Origin: Vezdaea acicularis | Taxonomy: Eukaryota | Reading direction: 5' to 3' | Length of the DNA: 20,000 nucleotides | NCBI GenBank assembly: GCA_026025075.1 | Contig: JAPEUI010000085.1 | Span: 55,440 to 75,439 of the forward strand | In this document: in pieces, positions 9,006 to 20,000 of the stretch | Numbering within the stretch: position 1 is the first letter of the stretch | How the letters are laid out: each line of letters opens with the position of its first letter | Notes under the pieces: generated by a model | Told to the model about the DNA's origin: nothing | What the model saw: only the letters and a program-made list of their open reading frames with translations | Database searches by the model: none | Made by a program: the position numbers and the translations under genes

Positions 9006-12000
9006 CTAAGTACGAGCGTCCTCCTCCAAGGCAAGCCCAGCAGGCCTATATTGGCGTTCGTATTCAGCCTTCGTCGAAAGCCACGCCTTGGGATCTGTGC
9101 GTCTCAGACGTACGAGCTCGAGTCCACGCTGCACTTCAAGCTCGTCCTCAGCAGTGATGGTCTCTTGATTATCAGTCTTGAATGTTTCCGTCAATTCTAT
9201 CGACCGAATCAAATTGTGCCTAATTGGGTCAACGTTACGGCCCTTGAGCTCGACCTCACGTCGTTCATACTCAGCCTTCTTCAACAACCATGCCTTATGA
9301 TCTGTGCGTCTCAGGCCTTCGAGCTCGACCTCACGTCGTTCATATTCAGCCTTCTTCGAAAGCCACGCCTTGGGATCTGTGCGTCTCAGGCGTACGAGCT
9401 CGAGTTCACGCTGCACTTCAAGCTCGTCCTCAGCAGTGAGGGTTTCTTGATCATCAGTCTTGAATGTTTCCGTCAATTCTATCGACCGAATCAAATTGTG
9501 CCTAAATGGGTTAACGTTACGGCTTTGGCTCAATCAGTGAGGCTGTGACTTACTCTCGCTGCTTCTCCAAGATCTTGTCCAACACTAGTTCATCCTTTCC
9601 AGTAAAGCTAGAAAGGTCGTCGAGCTCGACGGGTGCTGGTTCTTCGAAAAGCTCTGTCACTTTTTTCGTCGAATAGCGCTTCACATCCTTCTTGTCAACG
9701 ACTCGGGCGGCAAGCTGCACTTTAAAGACAGCCTGGTTATGCAAATGGTCTTCGAAAGTGCCCCCTGCTCTGAAACGATAGACATAGACCGGTTTCATTT
9801 GACCTAGTCGGTAGGCACGGCCCACTGCTTGTTCCTCCCAAGCAGGATTGTAGCCAAAGTCGAAGATGACTACACGATTCGCCCCAAAGAGGTTGAGTCC
9901 CAGGCCACCCGCCTTTGTGGATACCAGATAAACCTCAGTGTTGCCAGTATTAAAATCCCTCGTATGCTGCTGCCTATCGTCCATTTTCGTCTTCCCGTCT
10001 AGTCTTGAATACTTGCGATTCTTAGACTTTAAGAGATGCTCGATGTAGTCAAGGGTGAAGATGCTGTGAGAAAAGACTAGTACCTTGTCTTTCGCCTTCA
10101 CAGAGTAGTGCACGATTTTTTCAAATATTGCCATACGAGAAGAAAGGCTTGTTAAATTTAGATCATCTTTAAATGAATCTAGGATCTGTAATTGCTGCCG
10201 GATGAATTTCGCTGGGGCCCCAAGCTGAGTCAGAGAGATATCTTCAGGCGCTGCCGGCTCATCCATCTCGTCGCCCGACTCAGAAGGTGTGTCTGGTTTA
10301 GAAGAGTTCCCCGAATTTGTCTTTTGTGCCTCGTCGTATTTAAGAAGCCTTCTTTTAAAGCATAGCGGGTGCGCAAGCAGTAAGCCAAGAATCGCAAGCA
10401 AACTCCACAATCTTGATACACTCATTTCATCACTGCTGATGCCCTTTCTAGCATACTGAATGTAGCGGCCGTAGAGTAGACGTTGAAATTCCGTCAACTC
10501 TACTTTGATAACGAATTCAGTCTTCGGCATCAAGTCTGCTTTTAAAGCTGTGATGTCGGCTCGATGAATTCTTGGTGCCAGGTCTACACCTAAGATGCGC
10601 AACATCTTTAGGCTTTTTGTTCGTTGCAAAGCTGTACTGTTAGCATAGAGACCATCCTGGATAGGCTCTACGTATTTCGCTCTGAACTCATTTGGCTTGC
10701 CAAGATACTCTGGAGCAATCCAATCGATCATCCAGTAATACTCCTCAAGATTGTTTGCAAGTGGTGAGCCGGTGAGAGCAATACGGCTACTCGATTCAAA
10801 ATCACGAGTGGCACTTGTAAGGGCCGTGGCTGGATTCTTCAACTTGTGCGCTTCGTCTGCAATGACGATGCTTGGTGTCTTGGTCAGTGCATGTTTCACA
10901 CGGCGATGTTCCTCTTCGTCAAGCGGCGCCCCTCGTACCTTAGTAGAGGAGTTGTGTACTAGGTTGCGAAACATATCGTAACTAATGATTAAGACACCAC
11001 CCTCTGATTGCCAGTTCTTAATGGTGCTCATTCGATGCGGAAGGGACATACTGGAGTCTATCTTCTGAACTGAGCCGACGTTTTCACGAAATGAGCGGCG
11101 TCCATCATCAGCAGATGCCCATAGAATGAACTCGTCTAGCCAGTTGTTGACTAGGGCAGGTGGACACATGATAAGTGTCCGACTTTCTTGAAGATGTGCA
11201 GGTATTTGAGAGGAGATGGCATGATCTGGCGACTTCGAGGCTTCGGCGATAGTGACAAGCAATGTTATCCTTTCTTGGTCAGTAAGAAAACAAGGGTGCG
11301 ATGAGAAATAATACTTACACCTGCATTGTCTTTCCCAGTCCCATCGTGTGCGCCAGAAGACAGCCCTTAGCAGCGTTGTGCATTACCAAAGTGCCCCACA
11401 TGAATTGGACCCCATCAATCTGATGCTTCTTGATGAGTTGACCAATCTTTGGGTTGATGTAAATAAACTTCTGGTCGTCTGATTTGGCGATGTTGACAGG
11501 TATGCGAGCTGGATCAACCGAACCATTGGGTGAAGAAAATTGCGCGTTAAGCTCCTTGCGTCTTTGTATATTCTCGGCCCACCTTTTATCGTTCTCTCTT
11601 TGGTTGAGGGCCTCAATGCTCTCGAGGACGGGCCGCACCCGACCCTTTCTAGTGGACGAGACGACATTTCTTCTAGAGGTCATATTAGCCAATTGCTAAG
11701 AGAAAACCCTTGCGAGAACACAAACCCCAACTGCTTTGAAGGGCTAGTATCTTCAGATTTGACCATATATGGTCGGATAGCCCTCTTGACCACACGGTAA
11801 AAGTCTCTAATCCCTTGCCGATCAGCCATTGCTTCCTGAACCGTCTTCGGATCATATTGATCTTCGTAATGGCGTTTCTTGCACTCCCACCAGCAAAGAT
11901 AAGCACGAGCGATTTTTTTGTGCTGGAGAAAAGTGTTATTATCGAAGCCTCGGCGGTGGGAGGTGTGATCGCGAATGCCTTCTAGACCAGCGATGACTAT

Positions 12001-15000
12001 TTCCTTGAACGAGTCTCGGTCCACTTGACATGCGTAAGGCACTAGGAACCCGTCCCGAAGCTTTGCGTCCATCGTTGAGATAAGTTTGATGAGAAGCCCA
12101 TCACGATCCTCTCGTCCCTCATAGAATGCGATACTTTTTTTCTTCACGAAGTCCAAGGAGTGCTCAATTACGTCCGACTCGCTCTCGGAGACTACGTATT
12201 TTGTATCCCGCTTGCGAGATCTATTAAATTTCTGCGGAGGAGTTCCAGGCTCCCGTTTCGATGGAGTCTTCGGATTTCGTGCCTTGACAGGAACAGGCTG
12301 GCTGGCAAGCTTTCGCATGGCGACAGCCTTTTTGGTCGCCGGAGCCCCTTTGCTTGGATCTAAGAAAGGATTTTCTTTGTCAGAATTTGGATTATCCGAC
12401 TCGATAACTATGGCCTCCTCGGCGGGACTGGCGAGGTTGACGGACTGAGCCTCTATGTCCGAGCTTATAGTAAGGTCCACTACTTGGCGATGCGTTTCTG
12501 GCTGGATTTTGCGTCCGTAGAAATTATGTGGGTGTGCTGCAGGTAAAGGGTATCCCGAGTTCTCATTCGATTGTAGGACATCCTCCATTTCGTCATCGTC
12601 CACCGTGGGTTGCTGTAATAGTTGACCAGGTATGGGGTCATCTACGATTAATTGTAAGCCTTGCTGAGCATTATATGAGATGATATCGTATGGGTTTGGC
12701 CTACCTGGCGGTGTAGATGGTATGACTGGAGATCGACTCGAATTCACACCATCATACCCCAGTTCGTCCGCACTGTCATCCTCGTCATCCCCATAACCAT
12801 CAACACCACCTTCATCTGAAACAATGAAACCGGCAAGTTCGTCTGCTTCAATGTCGTGTCCATCGAGGCTAGCTTCGGCGTCCGAGACATCCTTTTCCTT
12901 AACTACATTCATGTTTTGAGGGATGGAATTCACTTTTTTTGCTGTTCGCCGAGATGGTTTCGGAGGCTCCACTGGGTTTTCGATAATTGAAAGTTTCAAC
13001 TTTTGAGCTTGTATTTCAAAGATGGTTTCCTCCATGATCTTACATTGATGTCGTACTTGGTTGGGCGCCGTCCATGGCTCATCTAGAATCTCCTTTCTCA
13101 TTTTTTCCAGGCGAGAATCGACAAGATAATTGATACGTTCCTTCGCTGCCACGATACCAGCCTGCCTTTTCCTTCGTCCTCTGCATCGCCGCCGGATACT
13201 CCACGCATTCGACATTGCTTTGGGCCGAACCCGACACTCCCATTTCTCTATCAATTCCATAATCCCGGCATCAATAGCTGCATTGACCTCCTGTGGCTTG
13301 AGTAACGGTCTTTTCGACAGGCCCTCAAGCCTTTCGAGAGGCCTTTTCTGTTCCCTTTCAATCTCATTCCAGGTATCTGTATTATATTCTCCTTCTGAGC
13401 CGGAATCGCCAAAATGGGCTGGAAGAATCTTGCCATCATCTAATGCTGCCCATTTTTGGCCAAGCAAGTCCAGATCTCGATTCACGGGATCGCTTTCCGT
13501 CACTTTGAAGGGATCTTGCTCCTTCTCACTCTGTTCCTGCACCACCTGCGAATCACCCTTGGCACTGACATCCAAGGCGCGGGTAAACTCGGGCCAATCT
13601 TTCATGTCCTCCTTGGTTGCTTTAACACCTTTGCTGTCGGTGTTGGCAAAGAGCATAAAAGAACGTTCCTGGAATTTATTGCCAAGGCGATCGGAGTACG
13701 GCTTGATACCGGTGAAGACCTGGCCATCTCTCTCGAAGGTGATTAACCGAGGGTTGAGAAAGAAGCCTTTAATTAGGTCGTGCACATATTTACGGCGGCC
13801 AGACGATATCATATCTGTCGATACGAACCAGAAGTTGTCACCATCAACACCAGCACCCTCACCATCCAAAGCAAGATCCCAATAGTCATGTCGAAGCTCC
13901 TCACCGAGATCCGCAGTGCCGTAGAAGATGTCATCAACCGGGATACGGTGCCGACCTAGGTAGCCCTTGTCTAGCTCTGTTGGCCTCTCCTTGATTGCAG
14001 AAGAAGCCACCCCAATCGGGGGAGTCACCCAAGCCCCTTGTCCATTAACTTCAGGAGCATCATCGGGAACACCCGCACTTTCAACCAAGACCGGACGTAT
14101 TCTTCTTCTCTTGCTTTCTGGTGAGTCTGCAACATCCTGAGCGACCCCTTGAGTTTTTTGGTTGCTTTCTTGACCCTTCAAAATGCGATTGATGCGAGTG
14201 TCCACAACTTGCTCTCTCAAAGGGCCACCGACAAACGCAGAGTCCAAAGGAACTGGGATATCAGTCGTCACATCCGCCTCATGTTGAGTTTCTGCAGGGT
14301 TTTCAACGCTAGGGATAGTTCCGGACTCAACATAGGAAGTGGATATGACTTCCGTTGCTGCAACCATATCCTTATGGCCCAAAGTTAATTTGCGACGCTT
14401 TCGGCCAGAGCTATCCGTGACCATGACTTCCCGACGTCGACGTAAGTTTCCAAAATCATTAATTTTCGTCGGGGTATCTGGAGCCTTGATAGCTGAAGTC
14501 TGAGAATGATGCGCCTTACTTACAGCTTTGCCGGCTAGGACATCGAACACAGGATATGAGTCGTCCAGTGGCTCATCGTACGGGTTCTCGAGTGAGTAGG
14601 CTTCATGTTCCTGATTCGACCTTGCAACTGGTACCATTGATACTTCGTCAGCTTGACTTTCCGTACGCCGGTCATTATTTTTTTCAAGATGGGCGCTGTC
14701 CTCCTCGTATGTGTCAGACGCCGGGTATCTTGGTGATGTTGCAGACTGGGACCAGGCGCCACCGGAACGCCCCCGCTGACTGTGGAACGTATTCGGCGAC
14801 TCGGCATATTCGAGATTTCGGGATGTTGGTGTTGGAGCAGGAACGGGTGTGCTAAAGTAATTGATTCCCATAAGTCCCGGCGCAGCAAACGGTGAATGCA
14901 TCGCAGCACCGCTGTTGTAGCCATTGTAACCCGGCAACTCGCTTTGTAGCTTCTTGGACTGCTTGCGCAGCGTGGTGATGGCATTCCTGATCGTGTGCCG

Positions 15001-15231
15001 TTGTCCGAGCGAGCTGATGTTCAAGTCCAAACGAAGATTGTCATCTGTCACGCCTCGTAGTAGAGTATTCCCATCGATGTCGTTTTCCCTCAAGCGCTTC
15101 TCTAGCTCCGGGAGAGGAGGGAGCGGAGGTGGAGCGTTTGACGTAGTCCAGCGGGCGTCGGGATTGCAAAGCGCCCGAACCACTTCCTCGACTCCCCAAT
15201 CAAGCGGGTCGTCATTGGGAAGTAGGTTCAT
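9006..15231 (-). CDS. SNF2-family helicase/ATPase, ATRX/ARIP4-type (possible SAD-6 orthologue), with an N-terminal SAM-like segment, ~2023 aa
   Basis: Proposed exons are 15231-11726, 11672-11319, 11269-9554 and 9501-9006 (introns 53, 49 and 52 nt; 6072 nt in frame). Motifs: GCLLAHTMGLGKTMQV (motif I in its ATRX-like form), ADEAHKLKN, ALTGSPLANNL, KVLVFS, YSRLDG, STKAGGLGLNL and QAVGRAYRLGQ. The N-terminal DWGVEEV...ENDIDGNTLL...LGQR resembles a SAM domain. Orthology to ATRX/SAD-6 is inference. Confidence 0.9.
9055..9523 (-). repeat. Direct duplication of ~187 bp (9337-9523 and 9055-9241, offset 282 bp) with a nested 75-bp repeat, in the SNF2 last exon
   Basis: HNLIRSIELTETFKTD(D/N)QET(L/I)TAEDELEVQR(E/G)LELVRLRRTDPKAWLS(K/T)KAEYER occurs twice. 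LRRTD(P/H)KAWLxxKAEYER occurs three times. Confidence 0.93.
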
Positions 15232-16246
15232 TTCTATTGCCCCATAAGAGGCAACGTCTTAAGAGTGGAAGGAGGGTTGAACTGGCGTTGCTCTCACTTG
15301 GTAGGAAAGCTTGAACTCGCCGGGAGTTTTTGGGCGGAGAACTACTTGAAGCTCGTCAGTAAGTGAGATACGTCGTATGACCTTTGAGTGAGTCTCGGGT
15401 ACTAAGAGAATTTCTCGAAATGTCACTGCGATCTTATAGACTGAGTGGGAGAAAGTGTTTTGAGAGTCTTAACCTACTGTACATTCGAAACGGGTTGCGC
15501 TGAGATGGAAGTGAATATGAAGGTTGAATGAGTGTAACTGTAAGGTTGTGCCCCACATAAGAAAAGAGAGTGATCAAGGAGTGCTGGAAGACCGTATTCA
15601 CCAGACTGGAGGGGGAGGGTGTGAAGTAAGGTGAGGTGAGGTGAGGTTAAGATTAGAGTGATAAATGTTGATAGGTCGCAGACGCGTGAGTTACTGCGGG
15701 AACGGCGGCCACCGCGTCACCAGGCTGAGTATGGACGAACTTATTTGGCGTGTAATCGGCGGCACGTAAAGGTTAGAGATTTCTTCTACACACGTACACC
15801 GCTATGCAGCACTTTGCACGCTGACACTGATATATCAGAAAGGGTTCTGCATTTGCAAACGGAATGCGAGAGATTGCCCGTCTAAAGAGCCTGACATGTT
15901 ACACCAAATTGATGTCATTCATCATACTGCATACACGAGAGACTCCACAGCGCCAATCTTCTCTTCTGAACGATACACGGCCCCATCAGATCTCCTCTAC
16001 GAAAGCTCTAGGAGTTTTCTTCACAAGACTAAGCTTCGTCCTCGGAATTTGGCTTATGCCAATTGTGAACTTTGCAACTTCCGGTCACACTACATGGTGC
16101 AAGGAGTGCAAGACGGAGATTAGTACCTCAGCCCTCCTGACAAACGCTTCCCCCCGGCCCCGCACAACTGTAACGAGGAGTAATAATAGTTTGACCTCCA
16201 CAGCAGAATGGCCACTGGCAAGTGACAATCAGCCACTCAGCAATCC

Positions 16247-16693
16247 CTACAAATCATCTTCGTGTGGCTCTGGGAGCGGGCCAGTCGGATATGGCACAAC
16301 AAGCTTCTGGAGCTCCTCAAAAATTCTCATAAGGCGGACAGGCGATGGCTCGAATGATAGGAGACTCCTCCTCTTCATGGAGCGATGTCGTGTTCATTTC
16401 TTGGCTGTCGTGTTCATTTCTTGGCTGTCGAGTACGGCCTCGTTCCGAGTTTGCTGGGTAGTGCCTTGAGTCGCACTTTGTGCTACGTCCTCCTTGTCAT
16501 CCTCCTCAGCGGAATCGTCGCTGTTCGATATGGCGTCGTTTGGCTCAATGTGGAGTCGATGGATCTCCTCCCAGTCTTCACCAGGTAATGAAAGGGTAGT
16601 GAGAAAAGTTGAGTCCTCTTTATTTGCTGACGTCGAATTCATCTCCTGAGATTGAACACTTGGGTCCAACGCGGCTGTTGCGGCGCCCGGATC
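16247..16693 (-). pseudogene. Decayed coding sequence in frame with, and directly after, the MOD5 stop codon (fossil C-terminal extension)
   Basis: The MOD5 frame stays open after the TAA for about 99 codons. It is then broken by a 20-bp tandem duplication (16387-16426) and an apparent extra base in an A5 run (16319-16323). Removing both restores an internally repeated peptide ending at TAG 16249-16247. Confidence 0.55.
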
Positions 16694-18082
16694 TTACTTC
16701 TTATTGCACTTCTGCACTGCTCGGCGATGGCCACGACTCTTGAGATGCTTCTCCCAGTCCTCCTTCGTCACAGCGGTGGTATTGCACAAGTCGCAAGTGT
16801 TTCTGACCCACATGTCCTTGCGATCGCTGAGATCATAGTCTCTCCTCGGCGTTAGCAGCTCAGCGGCCAATGTAGAGAGACCCTTAGGATCCGGAAGGTC
16901 CTGCCCCTCAAGGAACCGTCTCGTTATATCAATGGCGGGCTCTGCGACATTCTCGGACCACTTTTCCAAATCCGTCGTATCAAGCAAAAAGATATTCTTC
17001 TTGGCCCCGCCACTCGCAAGGGCGTTCAAGAGCTTGATACGAATCCATCGGACCTGGCGCTTGGCGTACTGTCGCGTCGAAGCCCTGACACGGTCGATGC
17101 TCTGGAGTAGCAGCTGCTCTGCCACGTTCCCGGGAGAGCTCTTGCAGGCTTCGAGGTACGGTTCGAGTTCTTTGTAGCCGATGGAGACCCAGATGCCGCG
17201 CGTTCGGTCGACTTCCTTGCCCTCCGCCACCTGCCGCTTGAGGTGCTCGTGCAGGGAGGTAACTTCGGAGATGAGCCCGTTTTCAAGCATCGTCCCGACT
17301 CTGTTGTCCAGTCGAGCTTTCAGCACAGCGTCCGTGGCGTGTGGCCAGAAGAGTAATGTCGGAAAGCGAAGTTTGGCGGCCGCATCGGTGGTCTGACCTG
17401 GCATGGTCTCTCCCCCAAAGCCCTCCTCCGTCGGCTCTCCACCCCCCTTCTTCTGCTCGTCATAGACATCCGAAGCCTTCCTCCCCGTGGTCAGATAAAT
17501 CTCCAAAGACCTCTGAATCTTCCTGCGCTCATTCGGATGCCACCTCTCCGCCATGACCGGATCCACCCTCCGCAACTCCTCCAACACCCTCTCCGTCGAC
17601 TCATCCAAGACCGGAAACCTTTCCTTCACCCCCCCCAACCCCTGCCCCACCCCGCCACTTCCTACCATCCTACCCCCAAAAATCAGCGCTTGTGTATAAT
17701 ACCCCGTCCCCCCCACCACAACCGGCAGCTTCCCCCTGCTCCTAATCTCCTCTACAACCCTTCCCGCCCTTTCCACAAACTCCCCCACCGTCACCCCCCC
17801 CTCTTCCAGCCCTACCTGGCCTAGCAAATGATGCCGCACCCCCCCTCGCTCCTCCACAGGGATCTTATTCGTGATGATCGGTAGCCCGGAGTAGAGTTGC
17901 ATCGCATCCCCATTGATGATCTCGCCGTTGAACTGACGCGCTAGTTCCACGGCGAGGCGTGATTTGCCGGTCCCGGTTGCGCCGATGATGGCGAGTAGTG
18001 GTTGGTGTGGGATGGAGTGTGGTGCAGTCATTGTGTGGAGGTGGCGGGGGATGTGTCGGATGGTGAGGAGGAGTTGGCGCAT
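16694..18082 (-). CDS. MOD5: tRNA dimethylallyltransferase (tRNA isopentenyltransferase, i6A37), MOD5/Tit1 type, 462 aa
   Basis: Uninterrupted ORF with P-loop IIGATGTGKS, NGDAMQLY, ITNK, VVVGGTGYY, RKIQRSLE, SIGYKE, TRQYAKRQVRWI and a C-terminal zinc finger CDLC...HLKSRGH. Two in-frame AUGs at 18082 and 18031. Confidence 0.95.
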   Translation of the reverse strand: MRQLLLTIRHIPRHLHTMTAPHSIPHQPLLAIIGATGTGKSRLAVELARQFNGEIINGDAMQLYSGLPIITNKIPVEERGGVRHHLLGQVGLEEGGVTVGEFVERAGRVVEEIRSRGKLPVVVGGTGYYTQALIFGGRMVGSGGVGQGLGGVKERFPVLDESTERVLEELRRVDPVMAERWHPNERRKIQRSLEIYLTTGRKASDVYDEQKKGGGEPTEEGFGGETMPGQTTDAAAKLRFPTLLFWPHATDAVLKARLDNRVGTMLENGLISEVTSLHEHLKRQVAEGKEVDRTRGIWVSIGYKELEPYLEACKSSPGNVAEQLLLQSIDRVRASTRQYAKRQVRWIRIKLLNALASGGAKKNIFLLDTTDLEKWSENVAEPAIDITRRFLEGQDLPDPKGLSTLAAELLTPRRDYDLSDRKDMWVRNTCDLCNTTAVTKEDWEKHLKSRGHRRAVQKCNKK

Positions 18083-18778
18083 TCGTGCGGGTACGGCGGC
18101 GGCGGGGCTTTTGAGGACATGGCTTTGTGGTGGCCTAGTCAGGCGGCAGTGTGGGAGGGGGATTGTTAATGTGCGGTCGATGGTATGTGGCCACGGTGCG
18201 GTTGGGTTTGTAAGTCGGCGTCACGGTTTGAATGGGATGAGTATGAGGTTGTAGAAACCTCAAGTAATTGACCCACACAAAGACCAATCTGGCAGCCCAA
18301 GTCGTTTGTAAGGCAGGCTCCCAAGAAAGTGGGTTAATGCGAGACTTTGCGCTGAAGTTCGGAGAGATGAGAAAGCTCGGTAGATCGCTGCCTAGCCGCT
18401 TCGGCCGCGTCGCTAAGCCCGCCAGCCAAGTCCCCGCGTTCTCGCCCAGCCCTACTCCAAGGCTTAGGCGCGACGCAACCAGATATGGATCCAGTGCAGT
18501 GGGGGGGGGGGAGGTTCGTGGATTAGAAAATAGGATTCTCGTTATACATACTGTTCTAGACATACGACTAACATAATCTAAAGCGCTAAAGTGGGGTAAA
18601 AAAAATAACTAGGATAATTGTAGCAAGAAAAAATAAGAGGAAATGAAGTTATGCATTACCCCCCACCCCCTCCCCTTCCTCTCCAAAAAAAAACATTAAA
18701 AACCCCCAAACCCAGCCCTCCCACAACCCGTCTAGCCAAACCGCCTAACCCCCCCCATCCCCCTTATCTTCGCGCAAC

Positions 18779-20000
18779 TCATGAATACCCCTCCCCCCTC
18801 ATCCTCACCGCAACCACAACGAGCACAACGATACACACAACAAGCAAGAACCCAACCCCACTCATCACACGATTGACACCACGCCACCACTTCGCATTCT
18901 CGAACCTTGCCTCATCCACCAGGCGAACCTCCCTCTCAAACCGACTTCTCCTCCTCGAAAAATCCGGACTAGTGGGCATGGAATACACGCCCTCTTCCTC
19001 CACATCAGGCGCCCGCCTCTCAGCTTTACGCTTTCCACCCCCCTTTTCCCGATCTGTCTGACGACGCGGATCCTCGGGTAAAGGCCACACGGCCGCGACC
19101 ATCCACGCCAGTGGTACTAAAAAGCCTAAACAGAAACCTAGGACTTGCACGTTGCGACGGCCGCAGGGGCCCATGTCGGCGGGGCCGTCGAGTGGAGGGG
19201 GTTCCCAGATGCTGATTACAGTCGCGCGGCGATCGGGCTGGAGACGGGGGGTTGACCAGTTGAGCTCGCTGGGTGGGCGGACGGGACCGAGGCCAAGGTG
19301 GAAAGGGGGGTGGGTTGAGGCTTCTGCTTCGGCGCGGGGGGAGGGGAGGAGGAGGGAGGTTGGCTTCAGGACGCGATCCGGGCGTGAGGGAAGCGGGCGA
19401 GTCCGCTGCCCCTCTCCGCCTCGTTCGGGCGCGGTAGCGACCAGCTCGTCCATCAGCCGCGCAGAAGGAGTCCAATCCGCGGCAGCGGGCCCTCCTTTCC
19501 TCACACGCGTTTTGGGGCGGTAGATCGATAACGGCATATTATCATCCACGGGACTACCCTCGTCGTCGTCGTCCCCTTCGCCCTCGAGTTCGGACGTCAG
19601 GGGCTCCTCCGTCGAACTTCCTGGCGCGCCGGGACTTAGTTGCGGTAGATGCAGAGCGGGCGGTGGAGAGAGGGTTGGGAGGGGCGGGGGATGGGGCGAG
19701 CCGATGCCGTAGTAGGACCGTTTCGGGCCGTCGATGCGGTCGCGTATGCGTTGGTCTTCGTCGTCGGCGGCGGTGCGGCGGGTGTAGCCTGGGAGCCGGC
19801 TGAGGCGGGAGGTGGAAGCTGCTTCTCCGCTCCTGGTGTCTGGCTGTTCGGACTCGGATTCGGCAGCCGCAATGGCGAAGGCGTTGCCGCTCATTTTCGG
19901 GTCGAGGCGGGACTTGTAGCTGCTTTTCCGGGCGAGTTGGCCGTCGCGAGGCGGGGGGGTGGGGCGGCCGCCGGTGCTGGTTGGGGAGGGGGTTAGGGCC
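18779..20000 (-). CDS. Pro/Ser-rich fungal protein with C-terminal hydrophobic (transmembrane) segments; probably 5'-partial
   Basis: The listed ORF is 18779-19894, but the same frame is open to the window edge. A disordered Pro/Ser/acidic region is followed by RRNVQVLGFCLGFLVPLAWMVAAVWPLP and a terminal WWRGVNRVMSGVGFLLVVCIVVLVVVAV. Confidence 0.8.
   Translation of the reverse strand, partial: ALTPSPTSTGGRPTPPPRDGQLARKSSYKSRLDPKMSGNAFAIAAAESESEQPDTRSGEAASTSRLSRLPGYTRRTAADDEDQRIRDRIDGPKRSYYGIGSPHPPPLPTLSPPPALHLPQLSPGAPGSSTEEPLTSELEGEGDDDDEGSPVDDNMPLSIYRPKTRVRKGGPAAADWTPSARLMDELVATAPERGGEGQRTRPLPSRPDRVLKPTSLLLPSPRAEAEASTHPPFHLGLGPVRPPSELNWSTPRLQPDRRATVISIWEPPPLDGPADMGPCGRRNVQVLGFCLGFLVPLAWMVAAVWPLPEDPRRQTDREKGGGKRKAERRAPDVEEEGVYSMPTSPDFSRRRSRFEREVRLVDEARFENAKWWRGVNRVMSGVGFLLVVCIVVLVVVAVRMRGEGYS

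Noticed and set aside
13130..13885. 251-aa antisense ORF and other ORFs overlapping HEM1, SNF2, MOD5 and the ankyrin array
   Set aside because: These are shadow ORFs of well-supported genes on the opposite strand or in alternative frames.
15629..15719. (AGGTG)n tract and an ACGCGT MCB-like box upstream of the SNF2 gene
   Set aside because: Plausible promoter elements, but there is only one perfect 6-mer and a short simple repeat, which is too little to support a call.
15864..16469. 201-aa + strand ORF
   Set aside because: No domain-like features and partly antisense to the fossil MOD5 extension; probably spurious.
16646..16697. GTAAGA over the MOD5 stop as a splice donor that could bypass the TAA
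   Set aside because: The nearest suitably spaced acceptor (TCTCAG, 52-nt intron) lacks a good branch site and leads straight to a TGA.

Overview
Filamentous-ascomycete (fungal) genomic DNA with short GT-AG introns. Left to right: the 3' end of an unidentified + strand gene (ends 204); a dispersed, structurally intact 5S rRNA gene on the - strand (531-649); about five copies of a ~150-bp tandem repeat (777-1502); and a 7-exon NLR-like gene on the + strand (2165-5979) with a SesB-like alpha/beta-hydrolase, a NACHT domain and ten exact-period 99-bp ankyrin repeats with hypervariable binding positions. Four genes follow on the - strand: 5-aminolevulinate synthase (HEM1/hemA), a ~2020-aa ATRX/SAD-6-like SNF2 ATPase, tRNA isopentenyltransferase (MOD5-like) and a 5'-truncated Pro/Ser-rich membrane protein. 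The most notable unexplained structures are: the 150-bp array with paired CANNTG motifs between the 5S gene and the NLR; the patchwork, GC-rich ankyrin cassette; a duplicated last exon of the SNF2 gene that also copied its 3' splice site; and a decayed in-frame coding extension behind the MOD5 stop codon. All exon models were derived by hand from splice signals and frame continuity. No database searches were run.
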